Shown: positions 12,561 through 25,737, numbered from the stretch's first letter. The stretch: 64,000 nt of DNA from Octopus sinensis (GCF_006345805.1 NC_043002.1:103912001-103976000), one strand, 5' to 3'. A program made the numbers and translations. The notes: generated by a model not told the origin, from the sequence alone.

Positions 12561-12889
12561 TATTGCAATAGAAGGACACACGTATGGATCTCTCTTAAAT
12601 AATATTTTCGCTCCGCAGGTTATCTAACAGTGATGAAAGGTAGAATAAAGGCACAGGGTCACAAGGTAATATGCTGTGACATTAAATAAAATGAAGCTCT
12701 TTTTTACTTCTGGTAACGAAAGCCCAGCGTTGACGAATATGAGATTCGATAGGAAATAGTGTTCAAGTGTTATCCCGATGATTCTCGTAAATTAAAACTT
12801 TTAAGTTGTCTAATGAGAGGGAAATATCGCAAAGAAGGGTCATACGATGGGAAAATGAACAGATAATAACAGGCTTGCTGTTGACACTA

Positions 12890-12927
<38 letters not shown>

Positions 12928-13011
12928 TTGTGTATGTCTGTATATTAACAAATACGTATAATATATATTAAACTTCTACACATACACATAACACTGTTTC
13001 GCCCGCTCGTA

Positions 13012-13072
<61 letters not shown>

Positions 13073-13086
13073 AGTTATTATATAGA

Positions 13087-13190
13087 AGGAGCTTCTACAG
13101 GACTAGAACTGTTTCATTCAAGAGAAATCTTCAGGAAGCTTCCTGAAGATTTCTCTTGAATGAAACAGTTCTAGTCCTGTAGAAGCTCCT
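13087..13190. repeat. Perfect 104-bp palindrome (52-bp arms, no spacer) carrying a hammerhead motif on each strand
   Basis: Centred on AAGCTT (13136-13141). Plus strand 13137-13187: AGCUUC-CUGAAGA-u-UUC-ucuu-GAA-u-GAAACAG-uucuaguc-CUGUA^GAAGCU. Confidence 0.9.
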
Positions 13191-13312
13191 CTATATAATA
13201 AATTAATTTTTCTCTGCTATGTATTGAGTACCTTATTACTGTGGTTAACCCCGAATCAACCCGGGACCTACATATATATATAAACATATATATATACATA
13301 TATATATACATA

Positions 13313-13358
<46 letters not shown>

Positions 13359-13957
13359 TATAGATGATGGGCATGTATGTATGTTTGAATGCATACATAT
13401 ATTTATACATAATATATATATGTATATATAAAAACTTGTATTATTATTATTATTATTATTACTATTATTATTATTATTATTATTAAAAGACGCGTAAAGA
13501 AAATACAGAAATATTTATAATAGTAGTAAACAAAACCTAAATTAAGATTCAGTGGTAATTAAATTATAAATGGTCACGGAATTTAATAATTATAAGAGCT
13601 GTTAGAAGGTAAAAATGAAGACAAAAATTAATAACAGATGTATTAATTAGAGAAAGAGTGGTGACGAGATGAGTTTTAGATCCCTGAAGTTAAATTAAAC
13701 AAAAAAAATGGGGGAAAATATATCTTAATGAAATATATTATTAAAAGCGGATAATGAAAAGTGATAAAAAAGGAATGCGGAAGAAAGTAGCTTGAAAGGA
13801 AAGAATGAAAAAAAAATAGAAATATAGATATGTGTATGTACATATACACACAAACACACACATACATAACATACAGCCCCCAACACACATGAATATATAT
13901 ATATATGCGTTGTGTGTATGTACATACATATATATGTATATCTGCATCATATATATA

Positions 13958-14023
<66 letters not shown>

Positions 14024-14078
14024 ATATATGTTAATATATATATACATGTATATACACATATAATATATACGTATATAT

Positions 14079-14130
<52 letters not shown>

Positions 14131-14325
14131 GTACAATGTGTACATGATTATGATTGCACCTGTGCTTGCGATTCAGCCAGTTTGTTTCTTGGAACCATTT
14201 TAACATACATGGATGTACGTGTGTGTGTGTGTGTGTGTGTGTGTAGGTATGTATTCATATGCGTATATACATCAATATATATGAGGAAACATAAACATAT
14301 ACAGACACACACGGACAGACACACG

Positions 14326-14357
<32 letters not shown>

Positions 14358-14573
14358 ACTTTAATTACTAAAACAATTTACGTAGTAATTAGTAATAATC
14401 AACGGTGGATTTAGAGAAATTAATTATTTAATGTGATGTTTGCAAATAAAATTGAAATTGCTTTAAACTAAACAAATAAATAAATCAAAATCTAAATCAT
14501 TGAATAATAATATTTAATTATGTGATAGATGGTGACTTTAAAGAATGTTTAGTCAGAGAAATAAAATGGAACA

Positions 14574-14621
<48 letters not shown>

Positions 14622-14830
14622 ATATATACATTCGCTGACATAGAGACAGGTTCTCTTCGCAGTTGTGTGCTGTGTTTGAATTCGTGTGCAGCTGCACATC
14701 ATTGCGCAAGTGTGGTTGTCGTTGTAGATGTGAGGGTGACTGCTTTGCTTCTTATGTGATCGTCGTGCGTCGTAAAATAGCAGGGTATCATGAACGAGAT
14801 GATGATGGTGATGTCTATACTACTACTACA

Positions 14831-15072
<242 letters not shown>

Positions 15073-15085
15073 TTAAAAAAAATTA

Positions 15086-15139
<54 letters not shown>

Positions 15140-15173
15140 TATTATTATTTTATTATTATTATTATTATTATTA

Positions 15174-15207
<34 letters not shown>

Positions 15208-15460
15208 GCTCCTTCAGAACAGTATCAGAAGGCGTTAAGAGGAATATAAGGGAAATTGGAATAGATTACCCGATTACCCTGTAGAAATGTTACAAATAAT
15301 TTGCCTCCTTGGTATGGAGAGAATAATCAGGAATGTATTAGATAGTTGAAAAGAACGGATGGCATGGTATCGTAAGCTGCAGACAGTAAGCACGCTGCGC
15401 ATGAAATACTCCAGGAGTTCCTACAAAACCTGTGATAAAAAGAAAATAATAACGACAATA
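15208..15460 (+). mobile_element. R4/Dong-type LINE extreme 3' end
   Basis: Reads ..EIGI...EMLQ.ICLLGMERIIRNVLD, followed by a short UTR ending in TAA-rich sequence. Confidence 0.65.
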
Positions 15461-15504
15461 AAAATGATAACAAATTATTATTATTATTTTATTATTGTTT
15501 GAGT

Positions 15505-15749
15505 TTATTCTAGATAGCCAGGTTGAAGAAACTTAAGGAATAGCGGAAAATGCTGTTGCAAAGAAGGTGAAAGTAACGGCACGGAAAAAAGGGTATGAAA
15601 GTTGGAAGCAGAAACTTCTACATGTGAAATGTGTGGGCCGTAGCAGACAAGCTGATGTAGAGCAGAAGCACAGCTGTCAGTGGCTACAGAGCTTAGGACC
15701 AAAACAAGAGAAGTAAGAGAGATTGGGAGAGAGAGAGAGAGAAAGAGAA

Positions 15750-15782
<33 letters not shown>

Positions 15783-16315
15783 AAGAAAGAGAGAGAGAGA
15801 GAGAGAGATGCTTCATCATAGTTGCTCCAGATCAAGCTTTGATCCGGAACTTAGAAACCAATGTAATGAAATATTGAGCAGACCCAAAGCTCCAATTCTA
15901 AAACGATGCGATTGAAACATTGGGCCACCTAATCTCTCGATATAAAGATTTACCACCTATAGAGAATAAATCAAGATATGACTGTGTTGATCTATAGCTA
16001 CACCGGTTGATATGTCGGCATAATAAAATCAAAACTTCTGATAAATGGTATAAGCAGTATTTTGAGTCTGTAACTAATGGGGAAAATGTAACGATTCTTT
16101 AGGACTTTGAAGTACATACAGACAGAACCATCAAAGCTCAAAAACTGGGTATTGTTGTGAAAGACCAAAGCAATAAAGTTTGTTTATTGATTGACATGAG
16201 TATACATTGTGGTCACAATATATGAGCAAAGAAGTTTGATAGGCTCAGAAAATATCAAGATCTGCTGATTGGAATTGAAAAAATGTGGAATATCAAAACG
16301 GTTAAAATAGCACTG
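15505..16315 (+). mobile_element. R4/Dong LINE 3' fragment interrupted by a (GA)n expansion
   Basis: WKQKLLH...CQWLQSLG.K [(GA)n ~15710-15808] FIIVAPDQAL...ADPK...VTIL.DF.VHTDRTIKA...CLLIDMSI...KYQDLLIGIEKMW; homologous to 7716-8578. Confidence 0.85.
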
Positions 16316-16515
16316 TGTACAAACTGTATACTTGGAATGAACAATTCTAAATAGTATTGGAATTTACTCACAATGTATTAGAATCTTATATGTATACCAT
16401 TGTGCCTAGATAATAGATCTACAAATGCAATATCCCTGCATATTTAACATCTGTTTAATTCCTTCACTTCACTGTCTATTTCATAGCATATCTAAATTAA
16501 CTATTTTCTCACACC

Positions 16516-16563
16516 GTCTCCGATGAAAGCATATAAAAATTATCCCGGAAACAGCTGTAAGAC
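16516..16563 (+). ncRNA. Family B hammerhead motif, core mutated (CCGAUGA)
   Basis: GTCT-CCGATGA...GAAAC-AGCT-GTA-AGAC; downstream flank resembles the reverse complement of 11575-11645. Confidence 0.55.
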
Positions 16564-19059
16564 TTATTTATAAAAATTCTAAAATCTTCACAGCCCTGGA
16601 TTTTTTATCTCATTCTGAAAAAAAAATTAAATGTATGTATGTATGTACGCATGCATGTATGTAAGTATGTATGTATATGAATGTGTGTATGCATGCATAT
16701 ATGTATATATGTATATCTTCAGACATGCAGTGTTCTACATAAAACGACATATATAACTGGTGAAGTGTCATGGTGGAAATGGCCCATTGAAAAAAAGGTG
16801 TTCTGTTTGTTCTGTTTGTTCCAACTGTTTTCAATCTGACAAAAAAGTCTGGGGTCAATTTTGCACATCGTTTAAGGGCTGCTAAAATAAAATATTCATA
16901 TTGCTCGGGCATGGCCTGATCATTCGAGACCAGACACCTGCCATATTTTTTCCTTCTTTTTGCATTCTATATTCTAGAATAGTACATGAAAGATATCCCT
17001 GGAGTTCCCACTACAAACTGTTCTGTGGAATTTTTGCACAGTCTGGGAGTTGTGAAAAAGTAAAGAGAGAAGTGAGCTATTTCCGTCAACAAGCACGTTC
17101 TCATTCTACTTTATAACAAGATGGTTTCTTGTTCGGCCCCACAGCACGGCGCCTGGATCGAATGTTTTCTGTTCAAGTCCCGGATGGACCAAAACGTTTT
17201 GAGGGAATATGATAGAAGGAAATTGTGTGGTTGCCTATCATACATACATACATATATACCTGTATGTGTGTGTGTGTCTTTGTGTTTGTGTGCCTGTGGG
17301 TGGGTGTGTTTGTTTGTCCTTGTAATTGTGCTGTCCCCCACCACCGCATAGCAACCCGTATTGTTTTGTTTCGTAGGAAACTAACAGAAAAAGTACCAAA
17401 CTTAAAAATAAAAATAAATTTGGGGTCGATGTGTTCGACCAAATTCCTTCAAAAGTATGTCCAATGTTGTACGCTGTCCAATAAATCAAGTGAAAAAACA
17501 AATATAAAGCTTTAAAAATAAGGAAACAAATTGAAATCATTAGAGTATGAGTGAAAATCCCCCCCCCATTGCTTCATGGTAAACATGTAGTTAATATTTT
17601 CTGTCACAAGAATGTTTGTCGCAAACTCACAGGCACTCAGTAAGGAAAAAAGTTTACAATTTACTCGTGGGTTCCAAGAGAACCGAAGAAAAATCTCACA
17701 TCGGGAAAAATATAATCAATCACTCACATGGTGTAATTTGGCGGACAGTTATTCTAAGGAAGACACGAATTTGTAGATAAATCTTGAGATTAGAACTTTG
17801 AAATATTGTTTTTGGTTTTCTTATTCATTAGAAAGCTCTTAAAATATCTAGTCATAGGCAGTTAGGTATAAATCACTTCTAGACGAAAATAGTAACTTTC
17901 TAAATAATGGTCCGTCTTTTTCTGCCAAATAAAGCATAAGAATAAACAAAATAGTGAGTAAGGAAATCTGTTTACCCTATATGCATATTTTAAAGCTGTA
18001 GTTCACGTCAAAGTGGAAATAGCACAATATATTTTCTTTAAATAATTTTTAAACAACCTTAATATAATGAAAAACTTTGGATTACAAGCGACTGAGGAAT
18101 TTAAGAAGATAGATTCTGAAATCTAATAAAGACGTTACATATAAAATAATATGACTTCGATAAACAACGTGTACATAAATATGAAGCTTAAAATGGCGTT
18201 GGAGTTCGGGGAAAATGTAAATGAGAAAACGTAATGAAATCAAACCCCAGCATATCTACAGAAAAATGAACAAAAATATAAAGAAAAGATAAATAAAATC
18301 AACAAATATGAATAATAAAACAAGAAAATATTTATGAATAGATAATCAAATATTATCATATGGATTAAGGAAAATAGTTTCCAAATAAAAATTGTAATGA
18401 TGTTATGTTAATAACGTTTAAAACCACATATCTGGCCATCGTCTGCTTAATAAAGATAGTCGTGATTATTGGTATCACAAGATAAGGAAAATAATACACG
18501 AACAATCAGTTGTTACAAATGAATGTAGTATTTTTTCGTTCGTTTTAGATCTACTTATAATACAGAATCAAAAGCCAGTGCAACCAGAAATAAATAAACA
18601 TAGAGAAAAAATGGCAAACAATGGAAAATATCTCTGAATCTCAAGTGAAATCAATAAAGGACAAAAGTGAAAGAACAAACACAACAACTCGTGAAGGGTG
18701 GCGGACATATTAAAACAAGAAGCCTGGCTATTACAAAACCGAACGACAAGAAGTCACCAAGAGATAATTATTTCCAAAAAAGAGTTAACGTACGGTATTT
18801 ACGAGCCTTAGTCATATATATTAAGAATGAGAAACAACAGTCAAGTAACACTTCGAGAAAGAAAACTTACACTTCTAATACTGATGGGCGATGAGCACTT
18901 TTTGCATCGGAGGCAGAACAGTATACTATAATGTTGTCGTTGTCATGAAATAAACAAACAAACAAATCAATCAAGATTATAATTAAATTGAACCAAACCC
19001 TAAATAATATTAATAAATGGATAATAAGAGGAAGTTTTTCCCTTTGAAAAATGATGCAA

Positions 19060-19472
19060 GGCGCAGGAGTGGCTGTGTGGTAAGTAGCTTGCTAACCAAC
19101 CACATGGTTCCGGGTTCAGTCACACTGCGTGGCATCTTGGGCAAGTGTCTTCTGCTATAGCCCCGGGCCGACCAATGCCTTGTGAGTGGATTTGGTAGAC
19201 GGAAACTGAAAGAAGCCTGTCGTATATATATACATATATATATGTATGTGTGTGTGTGTTTGTGTGTCTGTGTTTGTCCCCCTAGCATTGCTTGACAACC
19301 GATGCTGGTGTGCTTACGTCCCCGTCACTTAGCGGTTCGGCAAAAGAGACCGATAGAATAAGTACTGGGCTTACAAAGAATAAGTCCTGGGGTCGATTTG
19401 CTCGACTAAAAGGCGGTGCTCCAGCATGGCTGCAGTCAAATGACTGAAACAAGTAAAAGAGTAAAAGAGTAA
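19060..19472 (+). mobile_element. Full-length tRNA-derived CORE-like SINE with internal (TA)/(TG) tract
   Basis: A box GTGGCTGTGTGG, B box GGTTCAGTC, CORE-like CTTGGGCAAGTG, tail (AAAGAGT)n; homologous to 33113-33565 and 27650-27868. Confidence 0.9.
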
Positions 19473-19839
19473 GGCCAAATCTACCCTTGTTCGTACGTGC
19501 AAGTTGATCAAATCTGATCTCCGATAGCACTTGTTAGGAAATTATAAATTGTAATATTAAGTTAAACAGGTAAACAGTTTTGCATGCTGCATTGTAAGGT
19601 CAGGATGAAGTACACTGTCAAAATGGTGGAAGCTAGGTGCTATTAGCCAAAACTGCGAAACTCTAACAAATTGGCTGGCCTTAGCAAACCTTTACAAGCA
19701 GAGATAGTTGCACCCCAGGTTTTGTGACAGTTATTTTCTGAGAGACACAGTTGTTCAATTGGATTCTGGAAGCTATGATTTCCAGTCTAGTTTATGTACT
19801 TTGTGCTTTGTGTTCAGCATTAATCGATATATTTTTTGC

Positions 19840-20140
19840 TCCAGGAATTTGCCAGAACTTTGCGAGGGTTCGACATCCAAGGCTGAGCACCGAATTTGTG
19901 AAGACAGATTTTATGACATTTCAATGTTCGAAATCCAAGGTTCGAAAAACCGAATTTCTACTAAAATGGAAATCCAGATTTTATGAAATCCAAATGTTTG
20001 GAATGCATACTTTTGAAAAAACAAATTGGTGAGGCCAGGTTTTGTGTGAGGCCCATTTTGGTGTAACCAATAATTGTGAATACAGAGTTACGGATCCAAG
20101 TTTGTGAAATCAAGTTGGTGAAGCCGTGATTCTGAGTCGG
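19840..20140 (+). repeat. Degenerate ~15-bp periodic minisatellite-like array
   Basis: Recurrent units such as CACCGAATTTGTGAA, GACAGATTTTATGAC, ATCCAGATTTTATGA, GATCCAAGTTTGTGA, AATCAAGTTGGTGAA. Confidence 0.55.
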
Positions 20141-21039
20141 AATTCCTGAACTGTATATGTTGCCTTTGTAAATATTTTAGCTGCACGTCTGGTGTGGCAT
20201 TGTCTTTTTTTTTGTTTGTGTATATATTTGTTTTGTATGTAGGTTGTTTTTTTCCATGCTGACAATTGTTACTACTATTTTACAAAAAAAGTTCATGCTG
20301 TGTTGTTTTGGATTCACCCTATCCTCGTTGAGTCTGTAAATTCGGGTTATGGCCTTCAGGTCGTAACACACTAAAAGGATATTTTTTTTTTTATTCTGGA
20401 AGAGGATATAAAAGGAAAAGCTACCCAGATGATACGCTCTCGAATCATTAAAGTTTCTATGTGCCATCATAAATAAGCACGAGAGAAAAACTGTATTGTA
20501 CGTATATTATCGCAATGAGAGAGGAAAAGTGTAATACATCCAACTGAATGCTTCGATGAAAGAATAATTCTTCACAGCAGAATTAGAAAATTCAAGCCTA
20601 TTTCACAATTAACATGTTAGTTGTAATTATGGAAAACAGCCAAGGATGCGGAATTATTGAAAACACAAAAAAACCAAGCAGTGTGAACGCAAATGTGACT
20701 TTGCTTTGCATCGGCGTGTAAGATACGGGTAAAACCGGGGTTTTGTAAAATATATATATATACCAGAATGTATCAGGAATAGTTTCCTTGCAAGAATTCC
20801 ACTTTTCACTGCAATAATAGCAAAAACGTTTTCACCAAAAATTTTCCAAGACTCACAAATCAGATTCAGTTACTTCTGCTAAAATGAACGAAGCTAAGTG
20901 GAAATGGTTTCAAAGACATGCATAGTTTCTCACTATACTCTATCAAAGAATTTATATCGACATCAATAGAGAATTACCGATGAAATGATTTCAGACGATA
21001 GACTAAATGTATTCCAAGAAGTACTGCTCTCCATTTCTT

Positions 21040-21385
21040 TTATCGTTTACTTATTTCTATCATTGAACTGTGACCATACTGGGTCACTGCATGGAAAGAT
21101 TTAATCAAACAAATCGATTTCAGTATTCATGCTTTTCAAAATTCTGCTGCCTTTTCTTTCGAGTTCTTAGTGGCCTTACCAAATTTCAGTGATGTCAACA
21201 CCGATTGAAAGTCTTTGGTGGAGGACAAACATATACACACATACACACACATTCATACACACATATATTCGGTAGGATTGTACTTGGTTTCCGCTTGCCG
21301 AGTTCACAAAGCTTTGGTCACCCGGGATTATAGTAGAATACTCTTGCTGAACACGCCGCGAAATGGGTCTGAACACGAACGCTCA
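21040..21385 (-). mobile_element. Old diverged copy of the CORE-like SINE
   Basis: Reverse-complement similarity to 19060-19472 (GGTTTCCG..TGCC..GTTCACAAAGCTTTGGTC..CCGGG..TATAGTAGAA). Confidence 0.7.
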
Positions 21386-21499
21386 TTGCTGAATCTGTCA
21401 AAGATGTATTCCACGGTGTAAAGTGAGCTTCTCAGCCCCAAAGTCTTTCCCTGCACCAACTTCCTCGAACATTTCCAGCATTTATTCAATGTATAGAGG

Positions 21500-22690
21500 A
21501 CAGATCGGTCGGGACTAATCATGAAAATAAGGGAGAAGGAGTCCTTAGTCGACATCCAACGAGTCTCAGATAGAAACAGGACAGAAGTAGATAAAACTTC
21601 TAATCGGAAGTACATCATAAGAATATTGACATGAAATATGCTAATTATTGCTTTCGTACATGTATCAAAACTAGAAAAGCCGTCGTGTTTTGGGGATGTA
21701 ATCAAAATATTTCAATCCTCGAATAATTCACTCGAATATGACAGTTCCTACATATTGATGTGGTTACTTAGGTCGCACGAACTCCTGTTGTACACCCTTT
21801 GAAATCGAAGTGAGAACCAAGCACAGTCATCTACTGACCTTAGCCTTATTTAGCAAGTGGGCCAAAATTAAATCCATAACCAAAAGGTCTCACACTAACC
21901 GTTTTAAAGTATTTTCTTTTTTTTAACCGCAAAGCGAATATAAAAGTACACCGTGTTTGCGGGAGTAATGTTGTTTACTGACAAACATGATGAAATCCTA
22001 CATAGCTCAGATAACTCAAATATCTTGGTGGATGCTTTTGTTCGTGAAGCCAAAATATTTCGCTTCGCAATTAATAAACGTGGACATACTTGTCAGCGAA
22101 TTTATAACTCTCGTAAAAATGGCATCGCCGTAAGCCACAGTTATCGGAGAGCAAACTTGTATAAAAGAGAATTAATTTACAATTCCTGTCAGTACAATCA
22201 GAAAATGTTATAGATGGATGGATGAGTAAGGCGAGTTCGGAACGTGGAGATGTGGCAATGGTTCAGCCACAAGTGTTGTTTTTCCATGAAGCAGGAATCG
22301 GTATCGCAACCGTAAAATGTAGACGGCAGATATTTTGGAAAGATCGCAAGCTTTCGTGACGTGACACTTGATGCAGGTTATTTACAACATGTAGACAAAT
22401 AAGATCGGGAATATTCTCATAATGCGGAAAGCCAAAGAAAATACAGAACGACATTAAACCACTGCACGGTGCTGTCTTTGGCTGGGTAGAGAAAGCAAGT
22501 AACAAAAGAAGAAATAATAACTAAGAATTTAAGACTACTGAAAGATATTCCCAATAACTCCTCTAATATCATGTTCGATAAGGGAAGAAAGATGAGGGAA
22601 ATGCAATAAAAGAACATATATTTCAGAATTTATGAACGAGATAGAACAACAAGCGAATGAAGTCAAAGGCTATTAGGGAACATCATAATC
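21500..22690 (+). mobile_element. RTE-clade (BovB-like) LINE RT and C-terminus, decayed
   Basis: LIIAFVHVSK (cf. LYIAFIDLTKAFD), MLFTDKH..ILHS....ILVDAFVREAKIFRFAINK (cf. LLFADD...HS..LVD.F..AAK.FGL.IN), then RSQAFVT...DKI.N and KDIP...GR motifs. Confidence 0.7.
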
Positions 22691-23199
22691 GCTTTAGATT
22701 AATAATTAAAACCGATTAATAAGTGAATAAGTTAATATGTTTTGCTAATCTAGTTCTTCTCGCAATGAGAATAGTCTCAACATATAAGCTAAGTCATTTA
22801 GCAGGAACAGACTGGAAAAAAAAAAAGAGAAACGGCAACTACATTTAGATTACAAATAACTAAGAGAAGATTGCTATTATGACAAATACAAGGAGTGGAA
22901 GCTTCTGAATGTAGACAATATGAAATAATAATTGCAGACTCTAAAAATATCATGTAATGAATAATGGAAATCTAATAGAAATAGCTACACAACAATAACA
23001 ACGAAAACTATCATTTTCCTGTCTTGAAGGAAACTGATACAAAGCAAGTCTCGGCATCCTTTACCTCTCACCCCTCCTCAATGACCTCGATTTCTGTTAG
23101 CTGCCTCTGTGCATTCACCGTAAACTTCTATCGCAAGCGACTTGTTTGGGTGTAACCATGTTATTGTATTAATATATATGTGTCATTTTCATATCTTGA

Positions 23200-23490
23200 C
23201 TTTGTTTGCACGATAAGTACCTGCCTTACACCGATCGTATCTCTCGCATTTCAACTGCCCTCGTTCATCTTACAGACTTTTCCGCCCTCTTTCTAGCACT
23301 CTTCTCTCACAGCTTAAATACTCCATCACCCAGTATCCTCTCCCCAACCCTCTACTCCCGACACATCTCACTGGTTTTCACTTCTTACATCACTCCTCTA
23401 GTTCTACTTGTCTTTGTTTCTTGTTCACAGTTTTGCATCTTAGACTAAAAATACCAGTATTCTCCTACTCTCGCCAAAGAGGAGACAAGT
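23200..23490 (+). mobile_element. Possible Penelope-like RT-to-endonuclease linker remnant
   Basis: HISLVFTSYIT (cf. RIPLV.TYHP) and PVFSYSRQR (cf. P...YRR.KNL); lies upstream of the hammerhead at 23841. Weak. Confidence 0.3.
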
Positions 23491-23625
23491 GTGGCAAACG
23501 TAAATTTCTTAGTAGTTTCACGGTAAATTAATGCAGGGATATTTTTGTAACCATTGTTGTTAAAACAAAACTTTGTGTGAAGTAACAGAATAATGAGGAA
23601 AATAGGGCAAGGGCTTAAAATAAAC

Positions 23626-23673
<48 letters not shown>

Positions 23674-23747
23674 ATATATTAATAGTAATGGTATGTCAAC
23701 AAAAGAATGAATGACATCTCAATATTACGTAATAGGGGAATTTATCT

Positions 23748-23935
23748 GTAAAATAATATGTGACAGTTATTCGGTTGCGATAATACATCTCCGAGTTTCG
23801 GATGATGTCGGGGCGGAAATTTGCTCCGACCTCTCGTCTAAATAACTGATGAGATGCCGGAGCAGTTTTCCGCCCCGACATCCGAAACTCGGAGTTTTAT
23901 TATGGCAATCGAATAATTGTCATATATTATTTCAC
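23748..23935. repeat. Imperfect inverted repeat (~90-bp arms) whose right arm is a hammerhead motif
   Basis: Plus 23841-23901: AAUAA-CUGAUGA-GAUGCCGG..CCGACAUC-c-GAAAC-UCGGA-GUU^UUAUU. Left arm is its degenerate reverse complement (CTCCGAGTTTCGGATGATGTCGGGGCGGAAA). Confidence 0.85.
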
Positions 23936-24010
23936 ACACACACACACACGCACAAACACGCACACAGACGAACACACACACACACACACACAGACACACA
24001 CACATACACA

Positions 24011-24120
24011 CATAGTAGAACCTCGGTTTTCGAATAACATTAATCGTACTTTATCTCCTGTCTTTTTCATATTCATTCAATACAGTAGTACCTCGGTTAC
24101 GAAAGCGTCTGATCACGAAT
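24011..24120 (+). mobile_element. Two Tigger/pogo-like TIR remnants
   Basis: TAGTAGAACCTCGGTTTTCGAA and TA|CAGTAGTACCTCGGTTACGAA; no matching opposite ends found. Confidence 0.45.
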
Positions 24121-24140
24121 GAAACGTGCTTTATATATAA

Positions 24141-24222
<82 letters not shown>

Positions 24223-25126
24223 AGATATATATATAATATATATATATACATATACATACATACATATTCCATATACACACGCACATACACACACATACAC
24301 TTATTTCCTCCTCTTCTTCTTCTTCTTCTTTTGCTACTCTCCATCGCAGGTCGACATTGACTGTTCTTGTTCAGCAATGATCTCTGACAGTTTCCGCCTA
24401 CCTGCGCCACAAGGCCTTCTCTTCACCTGCAACAATGATGACATCTGCAGAAGCCTCTCATGTACTCTCAGATGCCTCTCATGTACTCGTTATTGTTTCT
24501 CCTCAATGCATGGTCCCAAATAAGCATATGAAGGAAGTTGGTTGTGTATTAATCAGGGACCACTTTTTTTTCTCTTCATTTGTATTTAACCGTAATCCTT
24601 TTGAGCCATCCGTCTCAACATATCGCTAGTAACATCACTGGGGCTCAGTGCCAGAATGCTCTATTTCTATTCTGTCTTCTCATTTGAAAATATCGTTTAG
24701 AACATATTTCTTTCATTGTTTACACTCTGAGACCAATTCTCTCGCATTGATTCACGCTACTTCGTGAGTAACGATGCCTCTGGGAACCTGTCCGAAAGAC
24801 AGACGCCTCTTTCTAGATTTCCTTATATGTTTAGGTATACAAACGTCTGTTAGTATCTACGCACTCACAAACATATGTGTGTATATACGAACGTATGTGA
24901 CTGTTCTATCTGTTCTTCTCGTAACTTTTCGCGGTATTGGTGTTTTGTTCTTTTTCTCATCTTGTCCTTGTTTCTACATCAACTCAGTGGCATTTACAAT
25001 ATCACCGTCACCACTGACAGACGACCTCTACCTGGAAATTTAAGAGCTCCAGACTTTAAACGATCCGAAACTGAATGCCATTGTAGTCTGGTTGTTGAGA
25101 AGGTATTTTCTCCTTGTCGTTCGACC

Positions 25127-25186
<60 letters not shown>

Positions 25187-25365
25187 GGAAAGTTTAAGAA
25201 AATAAACAAGGAAAGAAACAAGGAGAGAAAAAAAAATGTGTGTAGTAGCTAACGATCTAACATATTATAATATATATATATATATATAATATATAGTAAA
25301 TACATGCATATATATATACCAAATATATATATATATGTATATGTATATATGTATGCATGTATGTA

Positions 25366-25410
<45 letters not shown>

Positions 25411-25461
25411 ATATAAATGCGCTTTGGTGTGTGTGCGTGTGAATGTGTGTGCCTCTCTACG

Positions 25462-25737
25462 TGTCAAATAAAATGAAACACCTAAACCAAGGCAGTGTGA
25501 AATTTCTAGGATGTTTATAAAGAGAAAAGTAGTCTTACAGCTGTTTCAGGGATATAAAAGATTTCCCATCATCCATCAGAGACGATAATGAGAGAGCTAA
25601 ATGCTTTACCTCTCTCATATCGTCTCTGATGATTGAATGTCTTTTATATCCCCGAAACAGCTAACACTACCTTTCTCTTTATAAATGTCCTAGAAATTTC
25701 ACACTCCCTTGGTTTAGGTGTTTCATTTTATTTAACA
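25462..25737. repeat. Inverted repeat (~130-bp arms) of hammerhead family B
   Basis: AAATAAAATGAAACACCTAAACCAAGG...TTTCTAGGA pairs with TCCTAGAAA...CCTTGGTTTAGGTGTTTCATTTTATTT. Hammerhead remnants at 25532-25583 (minus) and 25622-25662 (plus). Confidence 0.9.

Noticed and set aside
17800-18930. Possible decayed Penelope ORF ending in CTGATGG-CGATG/CATCG hammerhead-like sequence
   Set aside because: Both core segments are altered and the peptide similarity is too faint to judge by eye.
19840-20140. CRISPR-like array (also the tandem repeats at 39818 and 61774)
   Set aside because: No identical repeats with unique spacers, no cas genes, and the context is eukaryotic.
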